Assembly (NCBI GenBank): GCA_041744215.1 | Contig: JBGTLG010000004.1 | Span: 32,001 to 96,000, forward strand | Direction: 5' to 3' | Length of the DNA stretch: 64,000 bases | DNA from: Fimbriimonadales bacterium | Lineage (GTDB): Bacteria; Armatimonadota; Fimbriimonadia; Fimbriimonadales; ATM1 | Shown: piece after piece, positions 48,441 through 58,782 of the stretch | Numbering within the stretch: the first letter of the stretch is position 1 | Layout of the letters: every line of letters begins with the position of its first letter | Translations under genes and position numbers: made by a program | Notes under the pieces: model-generated | Seen by the model: the letters and a program-made list of their open reading frames with translations, nothing else | The model's database searches: none | What the model was told of the DNA's origin: nothing

Positions 48441-50129
48441 ATGCGCCGCCTGCCAGTCATCGTTTCCATCGCCGCTCTCAGCGCATTCGCCGCGAGTCAG
48501 ACAGCGCCGTGGCCAACGACCAAGGCCGAGTCGACCAACTTTGAGCAAACTTCGACCTACCGAGATGTAATCGAGTTCATTGAAGAGCTGCAGCGTCTAG
48601 GCGCGCCTTATCAACTGGAATACATCGGCGAGAGTGAAAAGGGAAAGAGAATTCCGATGGTGGTCGTGGCGAACGGCCTCGTGGCAAACCCCTCGGATGC
48701 AAGGCGGAGCGGGAAGGCGATCGTATACATCCAAGCCAACATCCATGGCGGCGAGGTCGAAGGGAAGGAAGCGAGCCTTCGACTGATGCGCGAAATCGCC
48801 ATCATGCTGGACGCCCGAAAAAAGGGGAGATCACTATCAGAAGCAGAACAGCGTCTTGCGGAGATACTGCAAGGCACGATCTTGCTCTTCTGTCCGATTT
48901 ACAACATCGATGGTAATGACGACTTCGGCGACGGAATCAGGAATCGCGGATCGCAGGACGGACCTGCCACAGTCGGAACTCGTGCGAACGGGCAGGGTTT
49001 TGATCTCAATCGCGATTGCATCAAAGCACAGTCCCACGAGATGCAGGCTGTTCTTCGGAACATCTACACAACGTGGGACCCCGACGTCATCATGGATCTG
49101 CACACGACGAACGGCACTCGCCATGGCTACCAACTGACGTACTCACCGCCTTTATCGCCCATCACGGATCCCGGCATCCTCAGCTACTCGCGAGACGTGC
49201 TTCTCCCGCAAGTGCGGGCCTCGGTGAGAGACGAGTCCGGCCTCCAACTCTTCGACTACGGCAACGTCTCCAGGCGCGGAGAAATTCGAAGATGGGATAC
49301 GTTCGGCGTGGAAGCTCGCTATGTCACAACGTACGCAGGACTTAGAAACCGTATTGGAATTCTTAGTGAAGCGACAAGCTACTCGCCTTTCAGGGAGCGC
49401 GAGCTCGCAACGCACAGCTTTGTACTCTCGATTCTCACTCATATCGCTCGCGACTCTCGCAGAGTCGTAGAGCTGACACGCGCTGCAGACGAGCGAACAA
49501 CTCGAATGGGAGTGGACGCGAAATCGGGACAGGCAGTAGAGCTTGGTGTCCGATTCGAGATGGCGAGCCGCGGCACCGAAGAGGTCATTCTTGAAGTGGC
49601 GCAACCGGCCGTGGCGGTTGCAAGAAACAAAGCACCGAAAGAGCTTGAAAGTGTCTCGATGGAGATCTTTGATCGATTTCGACCGACCCGAACATCGAAG
49701 CTGCCGGGAGGGTACCTCCTGTCTTCCGGCAGCGGTGATGCAATCGCGGTTCTCCTCAAGCATGGAGTCACTGTTGAGCGCGTGACTGATAACGCAGTTG
49801 TCCCTGTCGAACGCTTCGCAGTAGCGGAAGCGGTCGTTTCTACACAGCCCTTCCAAGGGAGACTCTTAACGCGGCTGGAAGGCGAATTCCAAAAAGCCGA
49901 CCTGCACATCGAGCGAGGCTGGTACTACGTGGATACTGCACAGCCCTTGGGTGTGCTCGCTTTCTACCTTCTCGAGCCGGAGGGCCTTGACGGTCTGATC
50001 GCTTGGGGGTTCATACCTCCGCCAGAGCCGAACTCCATCGCTCCAATCTACAAGATGTTTGCACCCATCAGCGTTGCCCGCGAGCGGGTCAACAGCGTGC
50101 AGGAAACAGCGAGCCAAGCCGTCGAATAG
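48441..50129 (+). CDS. Secreted zinc carboxypeptidase (M14 family)
   Basis: IHGGEVEGKE (HxxE), NIDGN, DLNRD, MDLHTTNG. Confidence 0.9.
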   Translation: MRRLPVIVSIAALSAFAASQTAPWPTTKAESTNFEQTSTYRDVIEFIEELQRLGAPYQLEYIGESEKGKRIPMVVVANGLVANPSDARRSGKAIVYIQANIHGGEVEGKEASLRLMREIAIMLDARKKGRSLSEAEQRLAEILQGTILLFCPIYNIDGNDDFGDGIRNRGSQDGPATVGTRANGQGFDLNRDCIKAQSHEMQAVLRNIYTTWDPDVIMDLHTTNGTRHGYQLTYSPPLSPITDPGILSYSRDVLLPQVRASVRDESGLQLFDYGNVSRRGEIRRWDTFGVEARYVTTYAGLRNRIGILSEATSYSPFRERELATHSFVLSILTHIARDSRRVVELTRAADERTTRMGVDAKSGQAVELGVRFEMASRGTEEVILEVAQPAVAVARNKAPKELESVSMEIFDRFRPTRTSKLPGGYLLSSGSGDAIAVLLKHGVTVERVTDNAVVPVERFAVAEAVVSTQPFQGRLLTRLEGEFQKADLHIERGWYYVDTAQPLGVLAFYLLEPEGLDGLIAWGFIPPPEPNSIAPIYKMFAPISVARERVNSVQETASQAVE

Positions 50130-50141
50130 GGAAGACTGACA

Positions 50142-52004
50142 ATGAAAGCCCGAATCATCCCCGTCCTGTTGCTGGTCGTTGGCGGGTCGGCCGCATTCTC
50201 TCAAGCGTTCGACGTCGCCGCGAGTTATGTCAAGCAGGAGACCTATATCACCATGCGAGACGGCGTCCGTCTGTTCACGTCGATTTACACGCCGAAGGAC
50301 CAGTCGCAACGTTACCCATTCATGATGATGCGAACTCCCTATAGTGTTAGGCCATACGGGGCTGCGCACCGCAACGCTGTCGGGCCATCAAACGAATTCG
50401 CTCGATCCGGATACATTTTCGTCTACCAGGATGTGAGGGGACGGTACATGTCAGAAGGCGACTTCAAGTGGATGACGCCGTACATTCCAAACAAGAGTAG
50501 TAATCAAGTCGACGAGACGACCGATACGTACGACACCATCGAGTGGCTTATCAAAAACGTTCCTAACAACAACGGCAGGGTTGGGCAATGGGGAATATCG
50601 TTCCCGGGATTTTATACGGCAGCTGGAATGATTGACGCGCACCCTGCGCTCAGAGCATCCTCTCCTCAGGCCCCAATGTGCGATAACTGGCTCGGAGACG
50701 ACATGCACCACAACGGAGCGTTCTTTCTCCCCCACGCGATGAACTTCATCTCCGGGTTTGGGAAGAAACGTGAAGGCCCAACACAAGATTACGGGCCGAG
50801 AGTTTTTCAACACGGCACTAACGACGGATACAAGTTCTTCCTAGAGATGGGGCCGATACGCAACGCCAACACGAAGTACAACATGAACCAGATCGAGTTG
50901 TGGCAGGAATGGACAAACAACGGCGATTACAATGAGTATTGGCAAGCGCAGAACGTCCCACAGCACATGAAAAACATTCGTCACGCGGTGCTGGTCGTGG
51001 GTGGTTGGTTCGATGCTGAAGACCTCTACGGGCCACTCGCCTTGTACAAGTCCATTGATAACCTGAATCCAGGACACAAAGCTCACCTCGTCATGGGGCC
51101 GTGGTATCACGGAACTTGGGCGTCACAGGCTGGAGACTCCCTCCACGACATACTGTTCGTGGAGAAAACCGGAGAATACTTCCGCGACAACCTGCAGTTT
51201 CCTTTCTTTGAGTTCTATCTGAAAGATCGCGGCGCGTTTAACGCGCCAAAGCTCACCCTATTCAACACCGGCGCGAATCGCTGGCTGACATTCGAGCAGT
51301 TTCCGCCGGATGACGCGCGGGAGTACACGCTCTACCTAGGATCAGGCGGGAGGCTTACCCAAAGTCAACCGGGAGAAGTTACAGCGATCGACTTCGATGA
51401 ATACGAAAACGACCCAGCGAACCCAGTTCCATTTACAGCAACGACCTCCACAGGTATGCCTCGACAGTACTTGCTGGAGGATCAGCGCTTCGCGAAAGAC
51501 AGAAATGACATCTTGCGTTTTCAAACCGAAGCCCTCGACCAGGACGTCACGCTCGGTGGGCCTGTCGAGGTGTCGCTATGGGTCGCCACCAGCGGCACAG
51601 ATGCCGATTACATCGCAAAACTGATCGATGTCTATCCGGAGAGCGCGCCAAACAACTCGCCACGTGGCCCGGAGATTCAGATGGGCGGATATCAGATGCT
51701 TGTTCGAGGCGAACCCATGCGAGCCAAGTACCGGCACAGTTGGTCGCACCCGTCGCCATTGACACCTCACCAGCCGACCCTCGTCAGATTCACGATGCCT
51801 GATATTCTGCATACTTTCAAACGGGGACATCGAATCATGGTGCATGTGCAATCCTCCTGGTTCCCGCTCATCGACCGGAATCCGCAAACGTTTACTGACA
51901 TCTTCAAGTGTGGAGAAGATGCGTTTCAAAAGGCGGAGCACCGAGTCTTTTTCTCGCGGCATATGCCCTCTCGACTCTCAGTTCGCTGGATCCAAACGAG
52001 ATGA
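50142..52004 (+). CDS. CocE/NonD-family hydrolase (alpha-amino acid ester hydrolase / glutaryl-7-ACA acylase-like)
   Basis: MRDGVRL, RTPY, QDVRGRY.SEG, GISF.G nucleophile elbow, GWFDAED, GPWYHG. Confidence 0.92.
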   Translation: MKARIIPVLLLVVGGSAAFSQAFDVAASYVKQETYITMRDGVRLFTSIYTPKDQSQRYPFMMMRTPYSVRPYGAAHRNAVGPSNEFARSGYIFVYQDVRGRYMSEGDFKWMTPYIPNKSSNQVDETTDTYDTIEWLIKNVPNNNGRVGQWGISFPGFYTAAGMIDAHPALRASSPQAPMCDNWLGDDMHHNGAFFLPHAMNFISGFGKKREGPTQDYGPRVFQHGTNDGYKFFLEMGPIRNANTKYNMNQIELWQEWTNNGDYNEYWQAQNVPQHMKNIRHAVLVVGGWFDAEDLYGPLALYKSIDNLNPGHKAHLVMGPWYHGTWASQAGDSLHDILFVEKTGEYFRDNLQFPFFEFYLKDRGAFNAPKLTLFNTGANRWLTFEQFPPDDAREYTLYLGSGGRLTQSQPGEVTAIDFDEYENDPANPVPFTATTSTGMPRQYLLEDQRFAKDRNDILRFQTEALDQDVTLGGPVEVSLWVATSGTDADYIAKLIDVYPESAPNNSPRGPEIQMGGYQMLVRGEPMRAKYRHSWSHPSPLTPHQPTLVRFTMPDILHTFKRGHRIMVHVQSSWFPLIDRNPQTFTDIFKCGEDAFQKAEHRVFFSRHMPSRLSVRWIQTR

Positions 52005-52381
52005 ATGAGAAACCGAAGATTGGCGTCGTAGGGTGGGTCGACATAAGCTCGAACAATTGCTCAGAACTTCGTGACTTCTACTCCAAAGTCGTTGGATGGC
52101 AAGCCGAAGCGGTCGATTGTGGGGAGTTCGACGATTTCAATATGATTCCGCCCGGCGCGAGCGAGCCCGCGGCTGGCGTTTGCCACAAAACAGCCATTAC
52201 GCCGGACACCCCGCCCGTCTGGATGGTCTACTTCACGGTCGAGAATCTCGCCCAAAGCCTCGAAGCGGTCGAGTCGAACGGCGGGAAAGTCCTAACGGAG
52301 AATCGTGCGTACGGGTCGGGCGCCTACGCGTTCATCCGCGATCCCGCTGGCGCGGTCTGTGCCTTGTTCCAGCCTGAATAG
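52001..52381 (+). CDS. VOC/glyoxalase family protein
   Basis: WVDI, FYSKVVGW, WMVYFTV, IRDPAGA; ATGA overlap with upstream gene. Confidence 0.85.
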   Translation: MNEKPKIGVVGWVDISSNNCSELRDFYSKVVGWQAEAVDCGEFDDFNMIPPGASEPAAGVCHKTAITPDTPPVWMVYFTVENLAQSLEAVESNGGKVLTENRAYGSGAYAFIRDPAGAVCALFQPE

Positions 52382-52397
52382 GTATATAGTGACCTTG

Positions 52398-52775
52398 ATG
52401 GTCAAACTGATTTGCATATCTACACTCCTTGCGTCGCTGCTATCGCTCTCGGTGCTTGCCGCAGGTTGCCAAAAGCCGGAGGCGAGCGGCGTGGAAGTCA
52501 AACTGACGACGGATCCCGATCCGCCCAAGGCTGGGACCATAAAGATCATCCTAACCGTGAAGAGAAACGGGGAGCACTTTCCTATGGCTAACCCTGACAT
52601 TCTCCTCACCGATGTTCTTCGGGCTGGATTAGACCGAGACGTCAAACTGACCCAGAAAGACGGTCAGTGGTTTGGGTTGGCAAATGTGACGCGCGGGCGC
52701 TGGAGGGCAGAAGTCATGTACTACGATCATGATCGCCGTGATCTGCGCAAGTATTTCACCCTCAACGTGGAGTAA
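52398..52775 (+). CDS. Putative lipoprotein (YtkA/FixH-like Ig fold)
   Basis: Lipobox LAAG-C; TDPDPPKAG...G.W pattern. Confidence 0.6.
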   Translation: MVKLICISTLLASLLSLSVLAAGCQKPEASGVEVKLTTDPDPPKAGTIKIILTVKRNGEHFPMANPDILLTDVLRAGLDRDVKLTQKDGQWFGLANVTRGRWRAEVMYYDHDRRDLRKYFTLNVE

Positions 52776-52825
52776 AAACGGCTAGCTGCACGTGCTCGGA
52801 TTATAAGAAGCAGCGAACCAGTCAA

Positions 52826-54472
52826 ATGAGTTATTCGCTCGGCCTCGACTTTGGGACCAACAGTGTGCGCGCACTCATCGTCGACTGCGCAAGCGGCGAC
52901 GAAGTCGGGACTGGCGTTGGCAAGTACCCTTCCGGAACTGAAGGAATCCTTCTTAGTGCAAACGAACCGTTGCTGGCGCGCCAAAACCCTTTGGATTATC
53001 CCGCTGCGCTTCGAATCGCAATTGATAAGGCTCTGAAAGATGCAGATGAACATGACTCGTCGTTCAGCAGAGCAAGCATCATAGGAATAGGAGTCGATAC
53101 GACAGCCTCTTCCCCGATACCGATAGACAGCAATGGCAATCCGCTCGCTATGCAGCCTAGATTCGCAGACAACCTCGCAGCGAAATGCTGGCTATGGAAG
53201 GATCACACGGCGCATGCTGAAGCAGACGAGATCAATCGATTGGCGAAGGAGCAAGGCCGACCATATCTCGAAAAGTGCGGGGGAACCTATTCCTCAGAAT
53301 GGTTTTGGTCCAAGATATTGCGATGTGCTCGCACAGATCAGGAAGTTTTCGCTGCAGCAGACAGCTGGATCGAACTCCAAGACTACATCCCGGCGTGGCT
53401 GACACAAGCGTGTGAGCCACAGCGCGGAATCTGCGCCGCCGGACACAAAGCGATGTACGACGAGTCATGGGGCGGATGGCCTGCAGAGGAGTTTCTTCAC
53501 GAACTTGATCCGCGACTCGCAAAGATGAGGCGTAAGTTTCTAAGAGCCGAGCCGTCTAGCACAAACGCGGGGACTTTGAGTCAAGAGGTCGGTCTGCCTA
53601 TCGGAATTCCCGTCGCAATAGGGCTCATTGACGCTCACGCCGGCGCAGTAGGTAGCGGAGTGCGCCCGGGTGTACTCGTAAAGATAATGGGCACCAGCAC
53701 TTGCGACATACTCGTCGGAGACGAAGCTACGCCAAACATCCCCGGAGTTAGCGGCGTCGCTCAGAGTTCTGTTATTCCTGGCATCGTCGGAATCGAAGCC
53801 GGGCAGGCTGCGGTCGGAGATCTCTTCCAGTGGTTTGCAAGCCAGGTCGCAGAAAAGAGTCAATCCGACTTGAGTGAGTTGGCCGCGCGCCTCCGTCCCG
53901 GGCAAAGCGGACTGATCGCACTCGATTGGAACAATGGAAACCGAAATCCGCTCGGTGACTCGCAACTGGTTGGCCTGATGGTTGGACAAACGTTGCACAC
54001 CACTCATGCAGAAATGTACCGCGCGCTGATCGAGGCGACCGCGTTTGGTTCGCGAATGACAATGGAACGCGTCTCGCACTACGGCGTCCCTATTGAAGAG
54101 GTGATCGTGTGTGGAGGAGTCGCGGAAAAAAGCCAGCTCACGATGCAAACCTATGCGGACATTTGCAATCGGAGAATGAAAGTTAGCCGATCATCTCAAA
54201 CCTGCGCGCTCGGTGCTGCGATCTTCGGCGCAGTCGTTGGAGGTGCACACGACTCGACGATCGACGCCATAAAAGCAATGACGGGCGTCCGGGAACAAGT
54301 ATATGAACCAAACCCCAAAGCCGTCGTGGTTTACAATGAATTGTACGAACTCTACGTTGATCTTCTAAACGCGTTCGGAGGGCAGGCGCAGCGCACAGAA
54401 CTCGGAAGCCTGATGAAAAAGCTGATTCGAATTCGAGAAAGGGCTACACTGCCGGCCTCCGAGGTACCATAG
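52826..54472 (+). CDS. araB: Ribulokinase
   Basis: GLDFGTNSVRA, LWKDHTA, YSSEWFWSK, CAAGHKA, GIEAGQ.AVGD, LDW.NGNR. Confidence 0.93.
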   Translation: MSYSLGLDFGTNSVRALIVDCASGDEVGTGVGKYPSGTEGILLSANEPLLARQNPLDYPAALRIAIDKALKDADEHDSSFSRASIIGIGVDTTASSPIPIDSNGNPLAMQPRFADNLAAKCWLWKDHTAHAEADEINRLAKEQGRPYLEKCGGTYSSEWFWSKILRCARTDQEVFAAADSWIELQDYIPAWLTQACEPQRGICAAGHKAMYDESWGGWPAEEFLHELDPRLAKMRRKFLRAEPSSTNAGTLSQEVGLPIGIPVAIGLIDAHAGAVGSGVRPGVLVKIMGTSTCDILVGDEATPNIPGVSGVAQSSVIPGIVGIEAGQAAVGDLFQWFASQVAEKSQSDLSELAARLRPGQSGLIALDWNNGNRNPLGDSQLVGLMVGQTLHTTHAEMYRALIEATAFGSRMTMERVSHYGVPIEEVIVCGGVAEKSQLTMQTYADICNRRMKVSRSSQTCALGAAIFGAVVGGAHDSTIDAIKAMTGVREQVYEPNPKAVVVYNELYELYVDLLNAFGGQAQRTELGSLMKKLIRIRERATLPASEVP

Positions 54473-54480
54473 CGCGGCCC

Positions 54481-54565
54481 GGGCGAGTGGCGGAACTGGT
54501 AGACGCGCTGGATTTAGGTTCCAGTCCTGCAAGGGGTGAGGGTTCGAGTCCCTCCTTGCCCACCA
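54481..54565 (+). tRNA. tRNA-Leu (UAG)
   Basis: 85-nt cloverleaf with long variable arm, anticodon TAG, encoded CCA. Confidence 0.96.
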
Positions 54566-54571
54566 CAGACC

Positions 54572-55087
54572 ATGCAGCCGTTCCAGATTTCTGGAGTCAC
54601 GATCAGAGAACTTGAGCCAACTGACTCGATCGAAGAACTCACCGCCCTGCTCCACCTCGCCTACGCACCGCTGGCAGATATGGGGCTCAAATTTTGGGCC
54701 ACACACCAGCTTCCAGTCGACACGAGGGACCGATGCAGCAACGGCTTTACTCTAGTCGGAGAACTCGACAAAGCGCTCGTGGCGACGGTCACCTTCTACG
54801 GTCGCTCCGAAACCTCAGGTTCGCCGTGGCTGAACAGCCCCGACGTCGCATCGTTCGGTCAGTTCGCCGTGCATCCAAATCTGCAGGGCCTTGGAATAGG
54901 CTCGCGGCTGATACAAGAGTGTGAGAGGCTCGCGAAGGTGAATCAGTCGAATCATCTTGCTCTTGACACCTCCGAGAATGCGGTCCACCTGATCGACTAC
55001 TACCGAGCTCGAGGTTTCCGCTTCGTTGAGCACGTGAGGTGGGATTCAGTCAACTACCGTAGTGTCGTCATGAGTAAACAACTGTGA
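54572..55087 (+). CDS. GNAT-family N-acetyltransferase
   Basis: FAVHPNLQGLGIGSRL acetyl-CoA motif, LDTSE, YY...GF. Confidence 0.88.
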   Translation: MQPFQISGVTIRELEPTDSIEELTALLHLAYAPLADMGLKFWATHQLPVDTRDRCSNGFTLVGELDKALVATVTFYGRSETSGSPWLNSPDVASFGQFAVHPNLQGLGIGSRLIQECERLAKVNQSNHLALDTSENAVHLIDYYRARGFRFVEHVRWDSVNYRSVVMSKQL

Positions 55088-55201
55088 ATCGTGCCTCAGC
55101 CAACCTGCAATAATGAGCAGAGTTCACCAATCAGTAAGTACCGGCTTAGGCCGCTACGCCTGCCTTGCAACCCACTCTATATGCCTACCGTAGACGCGTC
55201 A

Positions 55202-57178
55202 ATGCGACCTCTTGCCATAGCCCTAATCATGATCGTTTGCGGCGTCGCCGTGGCGCAGAACCCAGTCATTGAGGCCCGCCAGTTCTCGTCTCCGCCCACC
55301 ATCGACGGAGTCGTCGACGAGCAAGAATGGGAGGAGGCGACCAGGGTCGAAGGATTCACCTTGATCGCAAATGGGTCGCCCGAGCCGCATCGAACTCGCG
55401 CCTGGATAGGATACGACACACAGAACATTTACATAGCATATATCTGTGAAGATCCAAATCCAACACTTCTTCGAGCAACAGAGTATCGAAGAGGTGCAAA
55501 CTTGTCAGGAGACGATCGAGTCATTTTTGTCATTAACGCTTTCGCGACGCAACGCGGCGACGACATGAGCGAATTTGAAGTGTCGGCCGGCGGAGGCTCT
55601 AGGTCGTCCATTGCAGGCGGGAGAGCTGCCAAGCGAGAGTGGCAAGGCGACTGGATCGCCAAGGCGAGAATCACAGATAGCGGGTATGAAGTTGAGGCTA
55701 GCATCCCTTGGGCAATCTTGCCGCTCCCAGGTGCTGGCGTACGGAACATCGACGTAAATCTCGGTCGCTTCTACCAGCGCCAGCAACTGATCGCCGCTTA
55801 CTCAAACATTGGCCCTGAGGAAAGAAGCGACCGTCACGCGGTCTGGCTAGGCGTTAACGTCCCGCAAGTAGCACAGGCAGGCGCGTTGCAAGCACTTCCA
55901 TACCAGGTGCTTGGTTACGATGACGAAGGAGGTTCTGTAGTCTTCAATACGGGCGTTGACATGAGATACCGTGTGAATCCTCAGCTTACGGTGCTCTCAT
56001 CAATAAACCCAGATTTTCAGAATCTCGAGAATGCTGTGCTCAACCTTGAATTCTCGCGCTTCGAGCGCCTTGCGGATGAGCGCAGGCCGTTTTTCGTCGA
56101 GGGAGGTGACTTCTTTAGAATGGGCGGTAGCGCGCGTCCTTTTGCGTCGCAGCGAATCGGCCCGTTTGACGTCGGCGGAAAGGTGTTTGGTAAGATAACC
56201 GACGATAGCGTCATCGGCGCACTGACAACGATTCAATTCGGCGAAGCCGTGAACGCCGCAGTTCGCTACCGAAAGACTTTCGATCAACGGTCCCACGTCA
56301 CGGTTGGATGGGTGTATAGCGACCGCGAGGGAGAAGGAATCACAAACCATGCTGCAAACACCGAGCTGATGATAGACGGTGAAAGGTGGGGCGTAGGTGT
56401 AATCCACGCGATAACGGAAGACTCAGACGTCGGCGCTGGTAAGCGAACGGACGTCGACGTGTTCTATCACGATGGAGCAGTGAGCGGCAGTTTTGGGTGG
56501 CAGCAGATCAGCCCGAACTACCTCCCACGCATCGGCTTCGCGCCAAGGCGCGGCCTCAAAGGATGGCAGGGAAGGCTGGAATATGAAAAGGCATTCACCT
56601 CGGGAGGCATCGTCGATGCCTCTGCGAGTGTTTCCTTCTTTGACTCCGACCATTGGGATGGAAGCGGCGTCTACTTTGATAATCGGTCGGTGAACGCCGG
56701 AATCAATCTTCGCAATGGTCTTAGTGTCAATGCCGGAACCGGCGTGTCAAACTTTAAGGGCTCGATCGATAAGATCACATGGATCTGGACCGAATACCCC
56801 AGCAACGATCCTTACCAATCGCTCGGCGTCGGTTCAGTTTTCGGATCCGTAGGCGGCGATCGGTACCTTCGGTATGACTTCTTCGGAAGATATCGCTTTC
56901 CGTTCAAACTCTCTGTCTTTGCCAGCCTCGGATTCGAGGCACTCGCAAGTGAAAACAATCACCTGCATATCATCGGAACCAGCTTTGAGCTATCCGAGTT
57001 TCAATCAATCGCCGGTCGAATGGTCATGCGGGACTCGAAGGTGAACTGGTATCTCTCGTATCGACAATCGGGCAACTTCGGTGCTGAGTACTACGTCATC
57101 ATCGGCGACCCCAATGCACCAACGTTTCAGAAGCGAGTCGTTCTGAAGGCGGTCTTTCCGTTTGAGATTCGCTGGTAA
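55202..57178 (+). CDS. Secreted/outer-membrane protein with CBM9-like N-domain and DUF5916-like beta-barrel
   Basis: PPTIDG..DE.EW, YEVE.SIPW, INPDF, E.RPFF.EG motifs; aromatic C-terminus; start uncertain (55180 or 55202). Confidence 0.75.
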   Translation: MRPLAIALIMIVCGVAVAQNPVIEARQFSSPPTIDGVVDEQEWEEATRVEGFTLIANGSPEPHRTRAWIGYDTQNIYIAYICEDPNPTLLRATEYRRGANLSGDDRVIFVINAFATQRGDDMSEFEVSAGGGSRSSIAGGRAAKREWQGDWIAKARITDSGYEVEASIPWAILPLPGAGVRNIDVNLGRFYQRQQLIAAYSNIGPEERSDRHAVWLGVNVPQVAQAGALQALPYQVLGYDDEGGSVVFNTGVDMRYRVNPQLTVLSSINPDFQNLENAVLNLEFSRFERLADERRPFFVEGGDFFRMGGSARPFASQRIGPFDVGGKVFGKITDDSVIGALTTIQFGEAVNAAVRYRKTFDQRSHVTVGWVYSDREGEGITNHAANTELMIDGERWGVGVIHAITEDSDVGAGKRTDVDVFYHDGAVSGSFGWQQISPNYLPRIGFAPRRGLKGWQGRLEYEKAFTSGGIVDASASVSFFDSDHWDGSGVYFDNRSVNAGINLRNGLSVNAGTGVSNFKGSIDKITWIWTEYPSNDPYQSLGVGSVFGSVGGDRYLRYDFFGRYRFPFKLSVFASLGFEALASENNHLHIIGTSFELSEFQSIAGRMVMRDSKVNWYLSYRQSGNFGAEYYVIIGDPNAPTFQKRVVLKAVFPFEIRW

Positions 57179-57199
57179 CCGAATGGGTACGATTCTCAA

Positions 57200-57520
57200 A
57201 TGACTTTCCAAACGACGAACTGCGTAGCGCTTGGCGTGCCGGATGTAGTCGAAGGCGCAACCTTTTACGAGCGCGTCCTCGGCTTCGTAAAGCTTGGACA
57301 GGGCGACGACTGGATCGAACTCCAATCTGGCGCGCTACGACTTTTCATTACGAAGAATGATGGGACGACACCGACATTCGATCTCTCAGTATCCGATGTT
57401 GCCGAAGCGTCCAAGCATCTGATCGAGAACGGGTTTGAAAGGTTAGGCGAGAGCAACGGCGAAGTCTATCTGCGGGACCCCTATGGGAACGCTTTCGCAG
57501 TATCAAAACGGTCTGTGTAA
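57200..57520 (+). CDS. VOC/glyoxalase family protein
   Basis: ATFYERVLGF, YLRDPYGN. Confidence 0.8.
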   Translation: MTFQTTNCVALGVPDVVEGATFYERVLGFVKLGQGDDWIELQSGALRLFITKNDGTTPTFDLSVSDVAEASKHLIENGFERLGESNGEVYLRDPYGNAFAVSKRSV

Positions 57521-57521
57521 C

Positions 57522-57938
57522 TCACTCGCGCCGCTTTGCTGCGCGCGGTCCAAACCACTTTAGGTTGTCTTCCGGCGCGAGTTCCGATTCGAATGCGCGC
57601 ACTAACTCCATGGCTTCTGATTCAAAGTGATACGACCCATCGATCTCCCCTTGCCAGATCGTCTCGATCACCCACGAAGGCACGGGCAAAAACACGATCC
57701 GCTCTGGCGCCTCAACGCGGACACTCAAGACGGTCGCAGTCGAATGCTGTTCCGAAAAGATGAACTCGAATCGCGCAGCGTCTGGCTCATAGACCGTAGT
57801 GCCGATCTGCGGTGTGCCCTTGCCAAATCCTTCGAGTAAGACGCTCTCGCTGAATTCACCTTCGGACGGAGGGCGTTGATCCGACAGCGATTTGAAAATC
57901 GCGAGCTTCTTCATGGCCGACCATTCATTAAGGGTCAT
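57522..57938 (-). CDS. Hypothetical protein
   Basis: ORF whose ATG overlaps the upstream TGA (TGATG coupling); no recognised motif. Confidence 0.6.
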   Translation of the reverse strand: MTLNEWSAMKKLAIFKSLSDQRPPSEGEFSESVLLEGFGKGTPQIGTTVYEPDAARFEFIFSEQHSTATVLSVRVEAPERIVFLPVPSWVIETIWQGEIDGSYHFESEAMELVRAFESELAPEDNLKWFGPRAAKRRE

Positions 57939-58615
57939 CACAATCCGCCCCGAAGAAACGCGACCGTCCGCTTCCACGCGTCTTCTGCCGCAGCAGCGTC
58001 ATAGACTTCCACTCTCTCGCTATTGCAGAAGGCGTGGCCGACACCTGGATAGATGTGGAAGTGATGCTCTTTGCCTTTTGAATCAAGGTCATCGCTCAAA
58101 GCCTTGACAACTTCCGGAGTTGTCATATGATCTTGCTCCGCGAATAGACCGAGTATCGGGGCCTCCAGCCTCTCGAACGGAGGGTGGACGTTCGGATGGA
58201 TTCCATAAAAGTTGACGCAAGCGCCGATCTTCGGATTGGTCGCGGCAGCATACATCGAGAGTTGCCCACCCATACAAAAGCCCACGACCCCAACCCGCTC
58301 ACCAGAAGTTGCATCGTCGTTCAGCAGCCGATCGACTGCCCGGCTTAAAATCTCCTCAGTATTGGCGATATCGAGCGCCATCATCAGCGTTCCGGCTTCG
58401 TCAGGCTCCGTCGTGCTTTCGCCCTCATAAAGGTCAGGGGCGAGGGCCGTAAACCCCTCCTCTGCAAATCGGTCCACAACATCCTTGATGTGCCCGACCA
58501 ATCCCCACCACTCCTGGAGAACGATGACCCCCGGCCCCGTGCCCTGCGCCGATCGAGCGATGTAACCCTGAAAAGTCTTCCCATTGCTGGGAAACGAAAC
58601 CATCTCGCCTTTCAT
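57938..58615 (-). CDS. Dienelactone hydrolase family protein
   Basis: QEWWGL, APDLY, GFCMGG nucleophile, YPGVGHAF. Confidence 0.93.
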   Translation of the reverse strand: MKGEMVSFPSNGKTFQGYIARSAQGTGPGVIVLQEWWGLVGHIKDVVDRFAEEGFTALAPDLYEGESTTEPDEAGTLMMALDIANTEEILSRAVDRLLNDDATSGERVGVVGFCMGGQLSMYAAATNPKIGACVNFYGIHPNVHPPFERLEAPILGLFAEQDHMTTPEVVKALSDDLDSKGKEHHFHIYPGVGHAFCNSERVEVYDAAAAEDAWKRTVAFLRGGL

Positions 58616-58635
58616 GCTCAGATTATACGGCCACT

Positions 58636-58672
58636 AAAAAGAGAGGTGGGGCCGGTGGGCGATTCCGGCCCC
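58636..58672 (-). terminator. Intrinsic terminator of candidate sRNA
   Basis: Minus strand GGGGCCGG-N9-CCGGCCCC then ACCTCTCTTTTT. Confidence 0.6.
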
Positions 58673-58772
58673 TGGTGGTTGCACCCACCGCCTGAGGGCG
58701 TGGCAGTGGTGCAGTTGTGGGCGAGGGCATGGGAGAGGAAGTTTCGCGTTTCCTACAAGGCCTTCTACCCAC
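58636..58772 (-). ncRNA. Candidate sigma54-dependent small RNA
   Basis: Lies between a -24/-12 promoter and an intrinsic terminator; folds into three hairpins; no ORF with an RBS. Confidence 0.45.
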
Positions 58773-58782
58773 CCTCTATCCG

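Noticed and set aside
58623-58730. 35-codon minus-strand ORF within the sRNA candidate
   Set aside because: No SD, Pro-rich, and runs through the terminator; an RNA interpretation fits better
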